From Nitrospira japonica (lineage in GTDB: Bacteria > Nitrospirota > Thermodesulfovibrionia > UBA6902), in assembly GCA_020723105.1 (NCBI GenBank), contig DYJL01000006.1:64689-128688 (forward strand): DNA of 64,000 nucleotides, written 5' to 3'. Of this stretch, positions 48,796 to 58,628 are shown one piece after another. Each line of letters starts with the position of its first letter. Positions within the stretch are counted from its first letter, which is position 1. The notes under the pieces are model-generated. The model saw nothing but the letters and a program-made list of their open reading frames with translations, had not been told where the DNA came from and did no database searches. Both the position numbers and the translations under genes were made by a program.

Positions 48796-49917
48796 TTAAA
48801 CCCTTATATTCATCTTCTGATGCTGAGTTTTCCCGAAGTCTATTTTCTTTTTGTGATTTACGTTGATTGCTTTCAGTAAAAGCCCCTGAGATGCAAATCT
48901 TTCTTCGAGCGTTTTCTTTTCCGAGGTTACAAGGGCTGCAATTTTCGGCTGCTCAATAAAAAATGTTATATAGAACTCCTTCTCTATGCTTGTTACTGAC
49001 ACAGATAATTTCCCCAGCTTCTCAAGATCAAGATTTATGTCGCAGGTATATGAAGCATTCTCGTTGTTTTTGTTCTTCCTGAAGATGAATTCACCGTCCC
49101 TCAGGCCGTCCCATAGAACCGGCATGAAGGTGTAAAACATATCGTTTATATTTGAGGTCAACTGTAAGAACTCGATATTTCGGGTGAACTTTTCCACCAT
49201 ATTTGCCATGTCTGAAATTTTTAATCCTGCCTGTGTAAGTGTTTCAACGACCCCGGAATCTTTCAGGAGATTACTGAGTTTAAGAAGCAGTCCCTTCAGG
49301 TCTCCCTCTGATTGAAAGGCGATTATATTCTGAAGCACTGATTTGGGGTCCCTCAGCACGGCGATTTTTAGTTTTGTCTCAAAAGCCACACCTGAGGTCT
49401 CGACAAAGGCCCGAAGCACATTACCGTTTAACTCTTTTGTATCGAGCAGGAGTTTTTCCAGACCTCCAAATTCTGGTATGGCAGCCTTTATATCCGAGGG
49501 GAGTGTTTTTAGCATATTCAGAAGTGTTTTGAATTCTGAATTGCCAAGCCTTGATTCAGAAAGTCTGGCCAGCATATCAAGAATTTTTACGGGTATGTTC
49601 TGCTGCAGTGGCACAGATGATTCTTTAACATCACCAATAAACTGCATCCTGACAGTATCTTTGCCACCGAGGACTTCGAGGAAAACATTCTGTCCCTTTG
49701 TCAGGGGGATTTCACTGAAGGCCTTAATAATCACGCCCTGCATGTCTTTCTGGCTGCGGCCTGCCGAGATGATGCGAAGCATGGTGTCGCCGCTATCTGT
49801 AATATCTACAACCTGGGCTTTGATAACAGTACCAGCCTTTATCAGAAAGCCTTTACCTGTAAGGCCTTCAGAGGGCTTAAGTTTGACAGTATCGCCTATG
49901 CCAATATTCCTGATCAT
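48796..49917 (-). CDS. hypothetical protein with FliK-like (flagellar hook-length control, Flg_hook) C-terminal domain
   Basis: 373 aa; C-terminal INLDLEKLGKLSVSVTSIEKEFYITFFIEQPKIAALVTSEKKTLEERFASQGLLL fits the FliK C-terminal pattern; immediately upstream of the FlhB_C gene. Confidence 0.4.
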   Translation of the reverse strand: MIRNIGIGDTVKLKPSEGLTGKGFLIKAGTVIKAQVVDITDSGDTMLRIISAGRSQKDMQGVIIKAFSEIPLTKGQNVFLEVLGGKDTVRMQFIGDVKESSVPLQQNIPVKILDMLARLSESRLGNSEFKTLLNMLKTLPSDIKAAIPEFGGLEKLLLDTKELNGNVLRAFVETSGVAFETKLKIAVLRDPKSVLQNIIAFQSEGDLKGLLLKLSNLLKDSGVVETLTQAGLKISDMANMVEKFTRNIEFLQLTSNINDMFYTFMPVLWDGLRDGEFIFRKNKNNENASYTCDINLDLEKLGKLSVSVTSIEKEFYITFFIEQPKIAALVTSEKKTLEERFASQGLLLKAINVNHKKKIDFGKTQHQKMNIRV

Positions 49918-50093
49918 ATAGCGCTAACAGATATCCTCCGGTCCCAAAGGGGATCAGCGGAGATATGAGCAGTATTCTTTCTCATAAATTAATTTTACAG
50001 AATTCGCAGCTATTTTACATTTTCTATAATCTTGTGATATGTTTTATAAAATCTGAAAGAGAAATGTCGTCCTCTCTATTAAGGAGCAGATAA

Positions 50094-51311
50094 ATGAAAA
50101 TCAAAAAGATAGTCCTTGCATATTCCGGTGGCCTTGATACATCTGTAATAATCAAATGGCTGAAAGAGACATATTGTTGCGAAGTCATTGCATTTTGTGC
50201 GGACCTCGGACAGGGAGAGGATCTCAGTTCGGTAAAGAGCAAAGCCCTGAAGACCGGCGCATCAAAGGCATATGTTATGGACCTGAAAGAAGAGTTTGTA
50301 AAAGAATATGTGTTTCCGATGCTCAGGGCCAATGCGGTTTACGAAGGCGCTTATCTCATGGGCACTTCAATAGCAAGACCGCTTATTGCAAAAAAACAGG
50401 TAGAGATAGCACAGAGGGAGAAGGCAGATGCCGTCGCACACGGCGCAACCGGCAAGGGCAATGATCAGGTAAGGTTTGAACTGACATATTACGCATTAAA
50501 ACCCGATATAAAAGTCGTGGCTCCGTGGAGAGAGTGGGCCTTTGATTCAAGAGAGGCGCTGGTAAATTACGCAAAGAAACATGGCATTCCCGTGCCTGTG
50601 ACAAAAAAGAAACCATACAGCACAGACCGTAATCTTTTTCACATAAGCTACGAAGGGGGAATTCTCGAAGACCCCTGGGCTGAGCCTCCGGCTGACATGT
50701 TTACTTTAAGCGCCTCGCCTGAGAAAGCCCCTGCAAAACCTGAATACATTGAAATCGGCTATGAGAATGGAGATCCTGTTTCTGTCAACAACAAGAAACT
50801 ATCTCCTGCAAAGCTCCTTGAAAAACTCAATGGCCTTGCTGGAAGACACGGCCTCGGCAGGCTGGATATGGTTGAAAACAGATTCGTCGGAATCAAATCC
50901 AGGGGCGTGTATGAAACACCGGGAGGGACTGTGCTTCAGATTGCTCATCGTGCAATTGAATCAATTACCCTTGACAGAGAAATCATGCATCTGAGGGATT
51001 CGCTGATTCCAAAATATGCAGAACTTATTTATTACGGTTTCTGGTTTTCTCCTGAGCGGAAGGCCTTGCAACGCCTGATGGATGAAGCACAAAAGGGTGT
51101 TACCGGGACTGTACGCCTGAAACTTTACAAGGGCAACTGCATTATGGCAGGAAGAAAATCTCCTGTATCATTATATAACCCGCAGCTTGCAACATTTGAA
51201 GCTGAGACAGTTTACAACCAGAAAGACGCCGAAGGCTTTATAAAGCTGAATGCGCTGAGACTGAAAGTAAATTCAAAAAAGCAGATAAAGAAACAATTAA
51301 ATATGAACTGA
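50094..51311 (+). CDS. argG: argininosuccinate synthase
   Basis: [11 protein letters not shown]-loop; 405 aa. Confidence 0.95.
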   Translation: MKIKKIVLAYSGGLDTSVIIKWLKETYCCEVIAFCADLGQGEDLSSVKSKALKTGASKAYVMDLKEEFVKEYVFPMLRANAVYEGAYLMGTSIARPLIAKKQVEIAQREKADAVAHGATGKGNDQVRFELTYYALKPDIKVVAPWREWAFDSREALVNYAKKHGIPVPVTKKKPYSTDRNLFHISYEGGILEDPWAEPPADMFTLSASPEKAPAKPEYIEIGYENGDPVSVNNKKLSPAKLLEKLNGLAGRHGLGRLDMVENRFVGIKSRGVYETPGGTVLQIAHRAIESITLDREIMHLRDSLIPKYAELIYYGFWFSPERKALQRLMDEAQKGVTGTVRLKLYKGNCIMAGRKSPVSLYNPQLATFEAETVYNQKDAEGFIKLNALRLKVNSKKQIKKQLNMN

Positions 51312-51373
51312 TTGTCATTCCGGCTTGTCCGGAATCAAATATAAAGAAGGATTCCCGACAAGCGGGAATGACG
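51312..51373. repeat. palindromic intergenic repeat element (TTGTCATTCC...GGGAATGAC family), 62 bp
   Basis: Starts at the nucleotide after the argG stop; two hairpins (attccgg-cttgt-ccggaat and attcccg-acaa-gcgggaat) with terminal IRs. Confidence 0.6.
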
Positions 51374-51415
51374 TTTATATGGTTAATAAACAGTATTAAT
51401 TTTTAAATATGAATT

Positions 51416-52513
51416 ATGTCTGACTTAAAATACTGGATAGCTTTAAATTTTATACCTGATGTTGGACCGGTCCTTGCAGGAAGGCTGCTGTCAGCCTTCG
51501 GCAGTCCTGAAAATATTTTTCACGCATCTGTTCATGAATTAAAACAAATTGAGGATGTCGGCGAAAGCAGAGCCCGAAATATTGCCGGCTTCAGACAATG
51601 GGACCATGTGAGCAGAGAAATCGAGCGAGCGGAAAAGAATAAAATCCGGCTGCTTACAAGAGATGATAAAGCATATCCCGAGACTTTGAGACGCATTCAC
51701 GGCGCGCCGGTAGTCCTGTATATAAAAGGTGAATTAAAGGATGACGATAAGTATGCTATTGCTATGGTAGGCTCCAGAAACTCAACCATTTACGGTCTTC
51801 AAATGGCGGAGAAAATCAGCCAGAGACTTGCACAGTCAGGACTGACTGTTGTCAGTGGTATGGCCCGGGGAATAGACAGCGCCTCTCACAAAAGCGTATT
51901 AAAGGCGGGCGGAAGGACTGTTGCGGTGCTTGGCTCCGGAATAGACGTCCCTTATCCGCCGGAGAACAAGAGTCTGATAGGCGAAATCGCTTCTTCCGGC
52001 GCAGTGGTCAGCGAATTTCCCTTCGGCACTTTACCCAACAGGGAGAACTTCCCAATGCGCAACAGGATCATCAGCGGGCTGTCGCTTGGAGTTATTGTTG
52101 TCGAGGCCGCGCTTGACAGCGGTTCTCTTATTACTGTTGCCTATGCGCTCGAGCAGGGGCGGGAGGTATTCGCAGTACCAGGCAATGTTACCTCAATAAA
52201 TTCAAAGGGGACCAATGACCTCATTAAGAAAGGCGCAAAGCTTGTTGAAAGCGCTGAAGAAGTCCTGAATGAAATCGGACCGCAGATAAAAGGCCTTCTC
52301 AGGGAAGAAATAACAGAGGCAAAAAAACCACAGCCTGCAATGAGTGATGAAGAAAAGGCGGTCTTTGATTATTTGGGCAATGAACCAAAACATATAGATG
52401 CAATTATCAGAGAAATAAACTTGCCGACTAACAAGGCCCTGTCAATACTTTTAAGTCTTGAGCTTAAAGGCGCTGTAAGGCAGACACAGGGGAAACATTT
52501 TTCGTTGAATTGA
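51416..52513 (+). CDS. dprA: DNA-processing protein DprA (SMF family)
   Basis: N-terminal SAM-like domain, Rossmann DprA core (GxARGID), C-terminal winged helix. Confidence 0.8.
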   Translation: MSDLKYWIALNFIPDVGPVLAGRLLSAFGSPENIFHASVHELKQIEDVGESRARNIAGFRQWDHVSREIERAEKNKIRLLTRDDKAYPETLRRIHGAPVVLYIKGELKDDDKYAIAMVGSRNSTIYGLQMAEKISQRLAQSGLTVVSGMARGIDSASHKSVLKAGGRTVAVLGSGIDVPYPPENKSLIGEIASSGAVVSEFPFGTLPNRENFPMRNRIISGLSLGVIVVEAALDSGSLITVAYALEQGREVFAVPGNVTSINSKGTNDLIKKGAKLVESAEEVLNEIGPQIKGLLREEITEAKKPQPAMSDEEKAVFDYLGNEPKHIDAIIREINLPTNKALSILLSLELKGAVRQTQGKHFSLN

Positions 52514-52580
52514 TCTGCTGACATTAAAAAAGTCCGTAAAAGACGTTTTAATATTTTACAATTGTACGAGGTATCTTCAT

Positions 52581-54827
52581 ATGAAATCACTTTTAATCGT
52601 TGAGTCGCCTGCTAAAGTCAGAACACTCAGTAAATTTCTTGGCAAGGATTTTACCATCAAGGCCTCAATCGGTCATATCAAAGACCTTCCCAAAAAAGAC
52701 ATAGGCGTTGATGTTGAGAATAACTTTGCACCCACATATGTTGTAATTGAGGGTAAGGAAAAGGTAATGAGAGATCTGAAGAAAGCAGCCAAGGCTGCGG
52801 ATCAGGTGTTTCTCGGGCCGGACCCTGACCGGGAAGGAGAGGCCATAGCCTGGCATATTGCCGAGGAATTAAACGGCGATTCGGACAAGGTCTTCAGAGT
52901 GGAGTTTAATGAGATAACAGAGAAGGCTGTGACTGAAGCCATTAAACATCCGCGCAGGATTAACTCAAATCTCTTTGACGCCCAGCAGGCCCGTAGGATT
53001 CTGGACCGGCTTGTTGGTTACAAACTTTCCCCTCTTCTCTGGCGCAAGGTGCGGCGCGGACTCAGCGCCGGCAGAGTACAGTCTGTTGCGCTCAGGCTTG
53101 TCGTTGACAGAGAGCGTGATATCGAGGCCTTTAAATCCGAGGAATACTGGAGCATCACGGCAATGCTCGAAGGCCAGGAGCCGCCGCAGTTTGAAGCAAA
53201 GCTTTTTCAGATAGAAAACCAGAAAGCTGAGATTAAGAATGAAGAACAGGCCTTGGAAATAGTTAACGGTTTACAGGGCCAGAATTTTATTGTAAAGAAG
53301 ATAGATAAGAAAAAGAGAAGACGTTCTCCATACCCGCCTTTTATTACAAGTACCCTTCAGCAGGACGCTGCCAGAAAACTCCGTTACACTGCAAAGAAAA
53401 CCATGATGCTGGCGCAACAGCTATACGAAGGCATTGAACTTGGTGAAGAAGGCCCCACCGGTCTTATAACATATATGAGAACTGACTCAGTGAGAACAGC
53501 ATCCGAAGCGCAGCAGGAGGCAAGGGAGTTCATAGTCAAGCAATATGGCAGCGATTATGCTCCGCAAAAACCGCCTGTTTATAAAAGCAAGAAGTCCGCT
53601 CAGGAGGCGCATGAGGCCATCAGGCCCACATCTGCTTACAGAATACCCGCTGCTGTCAAGAAATTTCTTGAGCCGGACCAGTATAAACTCTACAAGCTCA
53701 TCTGGGAACGGTTTGTTGCGAGTCAGATGGAAGCGGCCCTCCTGGAGCAAACCTCGATTGATATCGGCGCAGATAAATATCTCTTCCGGGCCACAGGCAC
53801 AGTTGTCACCTTCCCGGGATTTATGACGTTGTATACAGAAAGCACGGATAATGGAAAAGAAGAGGAAGGGCTTTTGCCGTCATTGTCAGAGAATGAAGTA
53901 TTAAAGACCCTCGATATCACGCCGAGACAGCATTTCACCCAACCGCCTCCAAGATATACAGAGGCCACTCTCGTAAAAGAGCTTGAGGCCAAGGGTATTG
54001 GCAGGCCGAGCACATATGCCACCATACTTTCAACGATACAGGACCGGAAATATACAGAGAAGACTGAAGGGAAATTCCAACCCACAGAGCTGGGGATAGT
54101 GGTAAGCGATCTGCTTGTTGAGAGGTTTTCTGATTTGATGGATTACAACTTTACCGCCAATATGGAGGACCATCTCGACAAGATCGAAGAAGGCGGATTC
54201 AAATGGGTTGATGTTGTGATGGACTTTTATAAGCCTTTTGATAAAGACCTTACAGAAGCCATGGCAAGCCTCGGCAAGGTAAAGCCTCAGGATATTCCTA
54301 CAGACCAGATATGTGAGAACTGCGGCAAGCCGATGGTTGTCAAATGGGGCCGGCACGGCAGGTTTATAGCATGTACGGGATATCCGGAATGCAAGACCAC
54401 AAAGCCTCTTGAAAATGAAGGCACAGGGAGCGGAACCCAACAAAAAGCAGAGGTACAGGAGATTGATGAGAAGTGTAAAAAATGCGGTTCGCCGATGGTC
54501 CTCAGGTCCGGACGGTACGGGAAATTTATTTCCTGCAGCAAATACCCTGAATGCAAAACAACAAAGGGCTTAAGTATCGGAGTAGCATGCCCTGAAGACG
54601 GCGGAGAGATAGTCGAAAAAAAGACAAAAAAGGGCAAGGTGTTTTTCAGTTGCGGAAATTATCCCAAGTGTAAGTTTGCCACCTGGTATAAACCTGTTAA
54701 CAAACAGTGTCCCAAATGCGGAGCAGGCATTCTTATTGAGAAAAGGACTAAAAAGGAAGAAGTCCTTACGTGCCTGAAAAAAGAGTGCGGGTTTAAGGAA
54801 GCACTTGAACCGGCCAGCAGCGAATAG
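52581..54827 (+). CDS. topA: DNA topoisomerase I
   Basis: TOPRIM (LIVESPAKVRTL), catalytic Tyr region, three or four C-terminal C4 zinc ribbons. Confidence 0.95.
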   Translation: MKSLLIVESPAKVRTLSKFLGKDFTIKASIGHIKDLPKKDIGVDVENNFAPTYVVIEGKEKVMRDLKKAAKAADQVFLGPDPDREGEAIAWHIAEELNGDSDKVFRVEFNEITEKAVTEAIKHPRRINSNLFDAQQARRILDRLVGYKLSPLLWRKVRRGLSAGRVQSVALRLVVDRERDIEAFKSEEYWSITAMLEGQEPPQFEAKLFQIENQKAEIKNEEQALEIVNGLQGQNFIVKKIDKKKRRRSPYPPFITSTLQQDAARKLRYTAKKTMMLAQQLYEGIELGEEGPTGLITYMRTDSVRTASEAQQEAREFIVKQYGSDYAPQKPPVYKSKKSAQEAHEAIRPTSAYRIPAAVKKFLEPDQYKLYKLIWERFVASQMEAALLEQTSIDIGADKYLFRATGTVVTFPGFMTLYTESTDNGKEEEGLLPSLSENEVLKTLDITPRQHFTQPPPRYTEATLVKELEAKGIGRPSTYATILSTIQDRKYTEKTEGKFQPTELGIVVSDLLVERFSDLMDYNFTANMEDHLDKIEEGGFKWVDVVMDFYKPFDKDLTEAMASLGKVKPQDIPTDQICENCGKPMVVKWGRHGRFIACTGYPECKTTKPLENEGTGSGTQQKAEVQEIDEKCKKCGSPMVLRSGRYGKFISCSKYPECKTTKGLSIGVACPEDGGEIVEKKTKKGKVFFSCGNYPKCKFATWYKPVNKQCPKCGAGILIEKRTKKEEVLTCLKKECGFKEALEPASSE

Positions 54828-54839
54828 CCGGCAGGAAAA

Positions 54840-55769
54840 TTAAAGACCGGATATCTCCTCTATCGCCTTCTTCATATCTTCCGGCATCGGAGCAGTGAAT
54901 TCCAGAGGCCTTCCGTCTATCGGATGTTTCAGTCTGAGACTGTATGAATGCAGCATTTGCCGGGGGAAATGTATGGTCCTCTGTGCAAGGATTATGGAAG
55001 TTTTTTTGCTGTATGTTTTATCACCCAGTACGGGATTCCCGATTGATGCAAAGTGGACTCTTATCTGGTGGGTGCGTCCGGTGATAATCCGGACTTTTAC
55101 CAGGGCTGCTGATTTAATCCTTTTGATTACCTCAAACCGGGTAATGGCCTCTTTGCCCTTTTTGGGTTTTGCCGACATCTTCTTTCTGCTTGATGCAGAC
55201 CTGCCGATTAAGGTCTTTATTTCACCGCTGTTTTCCTTCAGGTTTCCATACAAGAGGGCTAAATACTGCTTATCAACTTCCCTCTCCTTAAATTGTCTGA
55301 CGAGATTGTGATGGGCTGAATCGTCTTTGGCTATGATTATCACTCCTGAGGTCTCCTGGTCCAGACGGTGTACAACCCCCGGACGCAGAGGGGCGCCTAC
55401 TGAGGAGAGTTTTCTGCATCTTGCAACTACGGCATTCATAAGGGTGCCGTGCTCATGACCCAGTCCGGGATACATTACCATGTCCGGAGGTTTATTTATG
55501 ACGATCATATATTCGTCTTCCCATATGACATCCAACGGTATTTCCTGCGGAATGAGCAAGTCTTCCGGCGGGGCCGGCCATGTCAGTTCAACGGCCTCGC
55601 TTTCTTTAACTTTATAACTGACTCTTTCTGTATGTGCGTTGACCTGGACCAGGCCATCTTTTATTAATTTTTGAACATAGGAGCGGGTGAGGCCGCTTTG
55701 TGAAGAAACAAATGCATCAAGCCTCTCGCCACTTGTTTTCTGACTGACAATAAAGATATCTTTCTTCAT
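54840..55769 (-). CDS. rluD: RluA-family 23S rRNA pseudouridine synthase (RluD-like, S4 domain)
   Basis: S4 domain N-terminus; HRLDxxTSG catalytic motif. Confidence 0.8.
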   Translation of the reverse strand: MKKDIFIVSQKTSGERLDAFVSSQSGLTRSYVQKLIKDGLVQVNAHTERVSYKVKESEAVELTWPAPPEDLLIPQEIPLDVIWEDEYMIVINKPPDMVMYPGLGHEHGTLMNAVVARCRKLSSVGAPLRPGVVHRLDQETSGVIIIAKDDSAHHNLVRQFKEREVDKQYLALLYGNLKENSGEIKTLIGRSASSRKKMSAKPKKGKEAITRFEVIKRIKSAALVKVRIITGRTHQIRVHFASIGNPVLGDKTYSKKTSIILAQRTIHFPRQMLHSYSLRLKHPIDGRPLEFTAPMPEDMKKAIEEISGL

Positions 55770-55883
55770 TGAGGTATTTTAGCAAAAGAACTGCTTTTGT
55801 TTTTATTTGAGCTTGCCCCCTTGCTTTAACTCGTTGATAAAATGTATATTATTCATATTCTTATCAAGAGGGAGGTGAACTGA

Positions 55884-56090
55884 ATGCCATATGTAAAGAT
55901 TGGAGACAATGAATCTTTCGAGAATGCCCTTCGCAAGTTTAAAAAACAGTGCGAAAGGGAAGGGATCCTCTCTGAGATAAAGAAAAGGGAGCACTACGAT
56001 AAGCCAAGCGTGAAAAAGAAAAAGAAGTCCATAGCCGCACGGAAGAAAGCCATTAAGAATAAGAAATTCAGAATGTCACCCTCGAGGTAA
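55884..56090 (+). CDS. rpsU: 30S ribosomal protein S21
   Basis: 68 aa, basic; N-terminal [31 protein letters not shown]... matches my recollection of S21; RBS GGGAGG. Confidence 0.9.
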   Translation: MPYVKIGDNESFENALRKFKKQCEREGILSEIKKREHYDKPSVKKKKKSIAARKKAIKNKKFRMSPSR

Positions 56091-56092
56091 GA

Positions 56093-56551
56093 GTGCAGTT
56101 ATCTGAAAAATTATCAGATGATTTTAAAACGGCTCTCAAGTCCGGTGATAAAAATAAAGTCTCTATCCTGAGAATAATAAAGGCTGCTGTAAAGAACCGG
56201 GAAATTGAAAAAGGCTCCGCTCTTACAGATGAGGAGATTTGTGCGATCTTTAAATCTTTCGTCAAACGCGCAAATGAGTCAATAGAGCAGTTTTCAAAGG
56301 CTGGCAGGACAGAACTTGCGGAAAAAGAGAAGCAGGAAGTTGCAATAATGCAAAGTTATCTTCCGCAGCAGCTTGATGCAGATGAAATCAGGAATTTGAT
56401 CAAAAAGGCAATTAAGGAAGTTGAAGCAGCCGGACTAAAGGATATGGGCAAGGTAATGAAGGCTGTGATGTTAAAGACAAAGGGCCAGGCTGACGGCAAG
56501 CTTGTTAATAACCTTGTAAAAGAAATACTGGAGACAATAAGTGCAGCTTAA
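56093..56551 (+). CDS. GatB/YqeY domain protein
   Basis: 152 aa; residue pattern I recall for YqeY; GTG start 2 nt after rpsU, the conserved rpsU-yqeY pairing. Confidence 0.65.
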   Translation: MQLSEKLSDDFKTALKSGDKNKVSILRIIKAAVKNREIEKGSALTDEEICAIFKSFVKRANESIEQFSKAGRTELAEKEKQEVAIMQSYLPQQLDADEIRNLIKKAIKEVEAAGLKDMGKVMKAVMLKTKGQADGKLVNNLVKEILETISAA

Positions 56552-57497
56552 AAAAATTTACGAAACAGTTATTGCCAGGGGAATTGAAGCAGACCCGCGC
56601 GGTAAAAAAACCGTCCTGAAATCTCTTGAAAAACAAAAAAAGGCATACAAGGAAATAAAGGAAGAGGAAAAGGAATTTTTTGACACCGAAACCTTGACCA
56701 ACCCTTACGCTGATACAAGAATATTGCATGGGACGGGCGAGGAGAAAATAAAGACCGCCCTTGTCGGCATTGATATGGAGGCGGCAGAAGTTATCCTGGC
56801 TGACAGGCTGTCGTCAAAGGGAACAAAGATTGACCTTATAATTTCCCACCATCCTGCAGGGAAAGCCTATGCCAATTTCTATGAGGTAATGCGCATGCAG
56901 GCAGATATTTTAAATAAGTTCGGTGTGCCGATTAATATTGCAGAGGGACTTCTTGAAGGGAGAATCAGAGAAGTTGAGAGAAGGCTTTCGCCTGCAAACC
57001 ATACAAGGGCTGTGGACGTTGCAAAACTGCTTGATATACCGTTTATGTGTGTGCACACGCCTGCTGACAACATGGTGGCAAGTTACCTGCAAACATTGTT
57101 TAACAAAAAGAAGCCTGACACGCTTGATGCCATTATGAAAATTCTGAAAGATATCCCTGAATACAAAGAAGCTGCAAGGAACAATGCAGGGCCCAGAATT
57201 CTTCTTGGTTCAAAAGAAAGAAGCGCCGGAAAAATTTTTGTTGATATGACAGGCGGAACCGAGGGAGCCAAAGACATATTTGAGAGCCTTTCAAATTCCG
57301 GAGTAAATACAATAGTTGGAATGCACCTCAGTGAAGAGCACCGGAAAGAAGCGGAAAAACGCCACATGAATGTCGTCATTGCCGGACATATTTCAAGCGA
57401 CAATCTCGGAATGAACTTGATACTCAACGATATCGAGAAGCAGGGGAAAGTAAAACTGATCCCCTGTTCGGGATTCAGAAGATTCAGCAGAAACTGA
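56541..57497 (+). CDS. putative Nif3-like (DUF34) dinuclear-metal-centre protein
   Basis: Conserved His clusters IISHHP, CVHTPAD, VVIAGHISSD consistent with the NIF3 family; GTG start overlapping yqeY. Confidence 0.4.
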   Translation: MQLKKIYETVIARGIEADPRGKKTVLKSLEKQKKAYKEIKEEEKEFFDTETLTNPYADTRILHGTGEEKIKTALVGIDMEAAEVILADRLSSKGTKIDLIISHHPAGKAYANFYEVMRMQADILNKFGVPINIAEGLLEGRIREVERRLSPANHTRAVDVAKLLDIPFMCVHTPADNMVASYLQTLFNKKKPDTLDAIMKILKDIPEYKEAARNNAGPRILLGSKERSAGKIFVDMTGGTEGAKDIFESLSNSGVNTIVGMHLSEEHRKEAEKRHMNVVIAGHISSDNLGMNLILNDIEKQGKVKLIPCSGFRRFSRN

Positions 57498-57551
57498 GAA
57501 CAGTTTCTTAACTAAGCACAAGGTAGTTCCTTTAACCGATGAATAAAATTT

Positions 57552-58547
57552 ATGTCTGAGTTACGGCAAGACCCTACAACATATGACTGGGTTATCATTG
57601 CAAAGGAAAGAGCGAAACGCCCTCATGAGTTTAAACAATCTGAAGCGCTCATAACGCCTCCGCCGCTTCATAGTAAAGACTGTCCTTTCTGTCCTCAAAA
57701 TGAAAGTATGACTCCTCCTGCAGAAGCTGTTTATGGCACCCCTGACGACTGGAAGATACGGGTGGTCCCAAATAAATTTGCAGCCCTTACACCAGAGGGA
57801 GATACCATAAGAAATGAGTGGAAACTTTTCAGAAAGAGCCATGGTTATGGCAGGCACGAGGTTGTGATAGAGACCCCTGTGCATAATCAGTATATTCCAT
57901 TTATGGATGACGTGCAGGTTGAAAATCTCATCAAGGCCTACCGGGACAGATACAATGCCTTAAAGAAAGACCATAATATCAAGATCATCATTATTTTCAA
58001 AAATCATGGCTGGGCCGCAGGCACTTCCCTCGAGCATCCTCATACGCAGATTGTTGCCTCGCCGATAGTCCCTCCGTTTATCCGCAGGCGTTATGAGATA
58101 GCAACACAGCATTTTGACAACACCGGGCGGTGCCTTTACTGTGACCTTTTAAAGAGTGAACTTGAAGCGTCAGAAAGAACTATCGCTGAAAGAAAGTTCT
58201 TTGCAGCTCTGCATCCCTTTGCATCGCATTATCCTTTTGAGACCTGGATTATGCCCAGGATGCATTCGTCCTGCTTTGGCAATATTGTAGATATAGAAAT
58301 TGAAGAATTGGCGCCTCTTCTAAAGGAAATTTTACTGAAACTATATATCAGTCTTGGAAATCCTGATTACAATCTCATTATCCACACGGCGCCTGTAGAT
58401 GATGAGCGTAAGACGTATTATCTCTGGCACATTCAGATAATCCCCCGCCTTACTCTGGCTGCAGGATTTGAACTGGGCTCAGGTATCTATATCAACACTG
58501 CTATGCCAGAAGCAACTGCGGCCTTTATGAGAGATGTGGAGGTATGA
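57552..58547 (+). CDS. galT: galactose-1-phosphate uridylyltransferase-like HIT-family nucleotidyltransferase
   Basis: N-terminal Zn site CPFCP and HIT-like HPHTQI; 331 aa. Confidence 0.65.
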   Translation: MSELRQDPTTYDWVIIAKERAKRPHEFKQSEALITPPPLHSKDCPFCPQNESMTPPAEAVYGTPDDWKIRVVPNKFAALTPEGDTIRNEWKLFRKSHGYGRHEVVIETPVHNQYIPFMDDVQVENLIKAYRDRYNALKKDHNIKIIIIFKNHGWAAGTSLEHPHTQIVASPIVPPFIRRRYEIATQHFDNTGRCLYCDLLKSELEASERTIAERKFFAALHPFASHYPFETWIMPRMHSSCFGNIVDIEIEELAPLLKEILLKLYISLGNPDYNLIIHTAPVDDERKTYYLWHIQIIPRLTLAAGFELGSGIYINTAMPEATAAFMRDVEV

Positions 58548-58628
58548 TTGGCGAGTCTTTATGCTTCTTCTTCTGTAAAATTTATAAATAATCTGGAGTA
58601 ATTGCTTCATTCTGGTACAATACCTGCC

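Noticed and set aside
49343-49921. 192-aa plus-strand ORF
   Set aside because: Antisense of the FliK-like gene; Ser/Pro-rich artefact.
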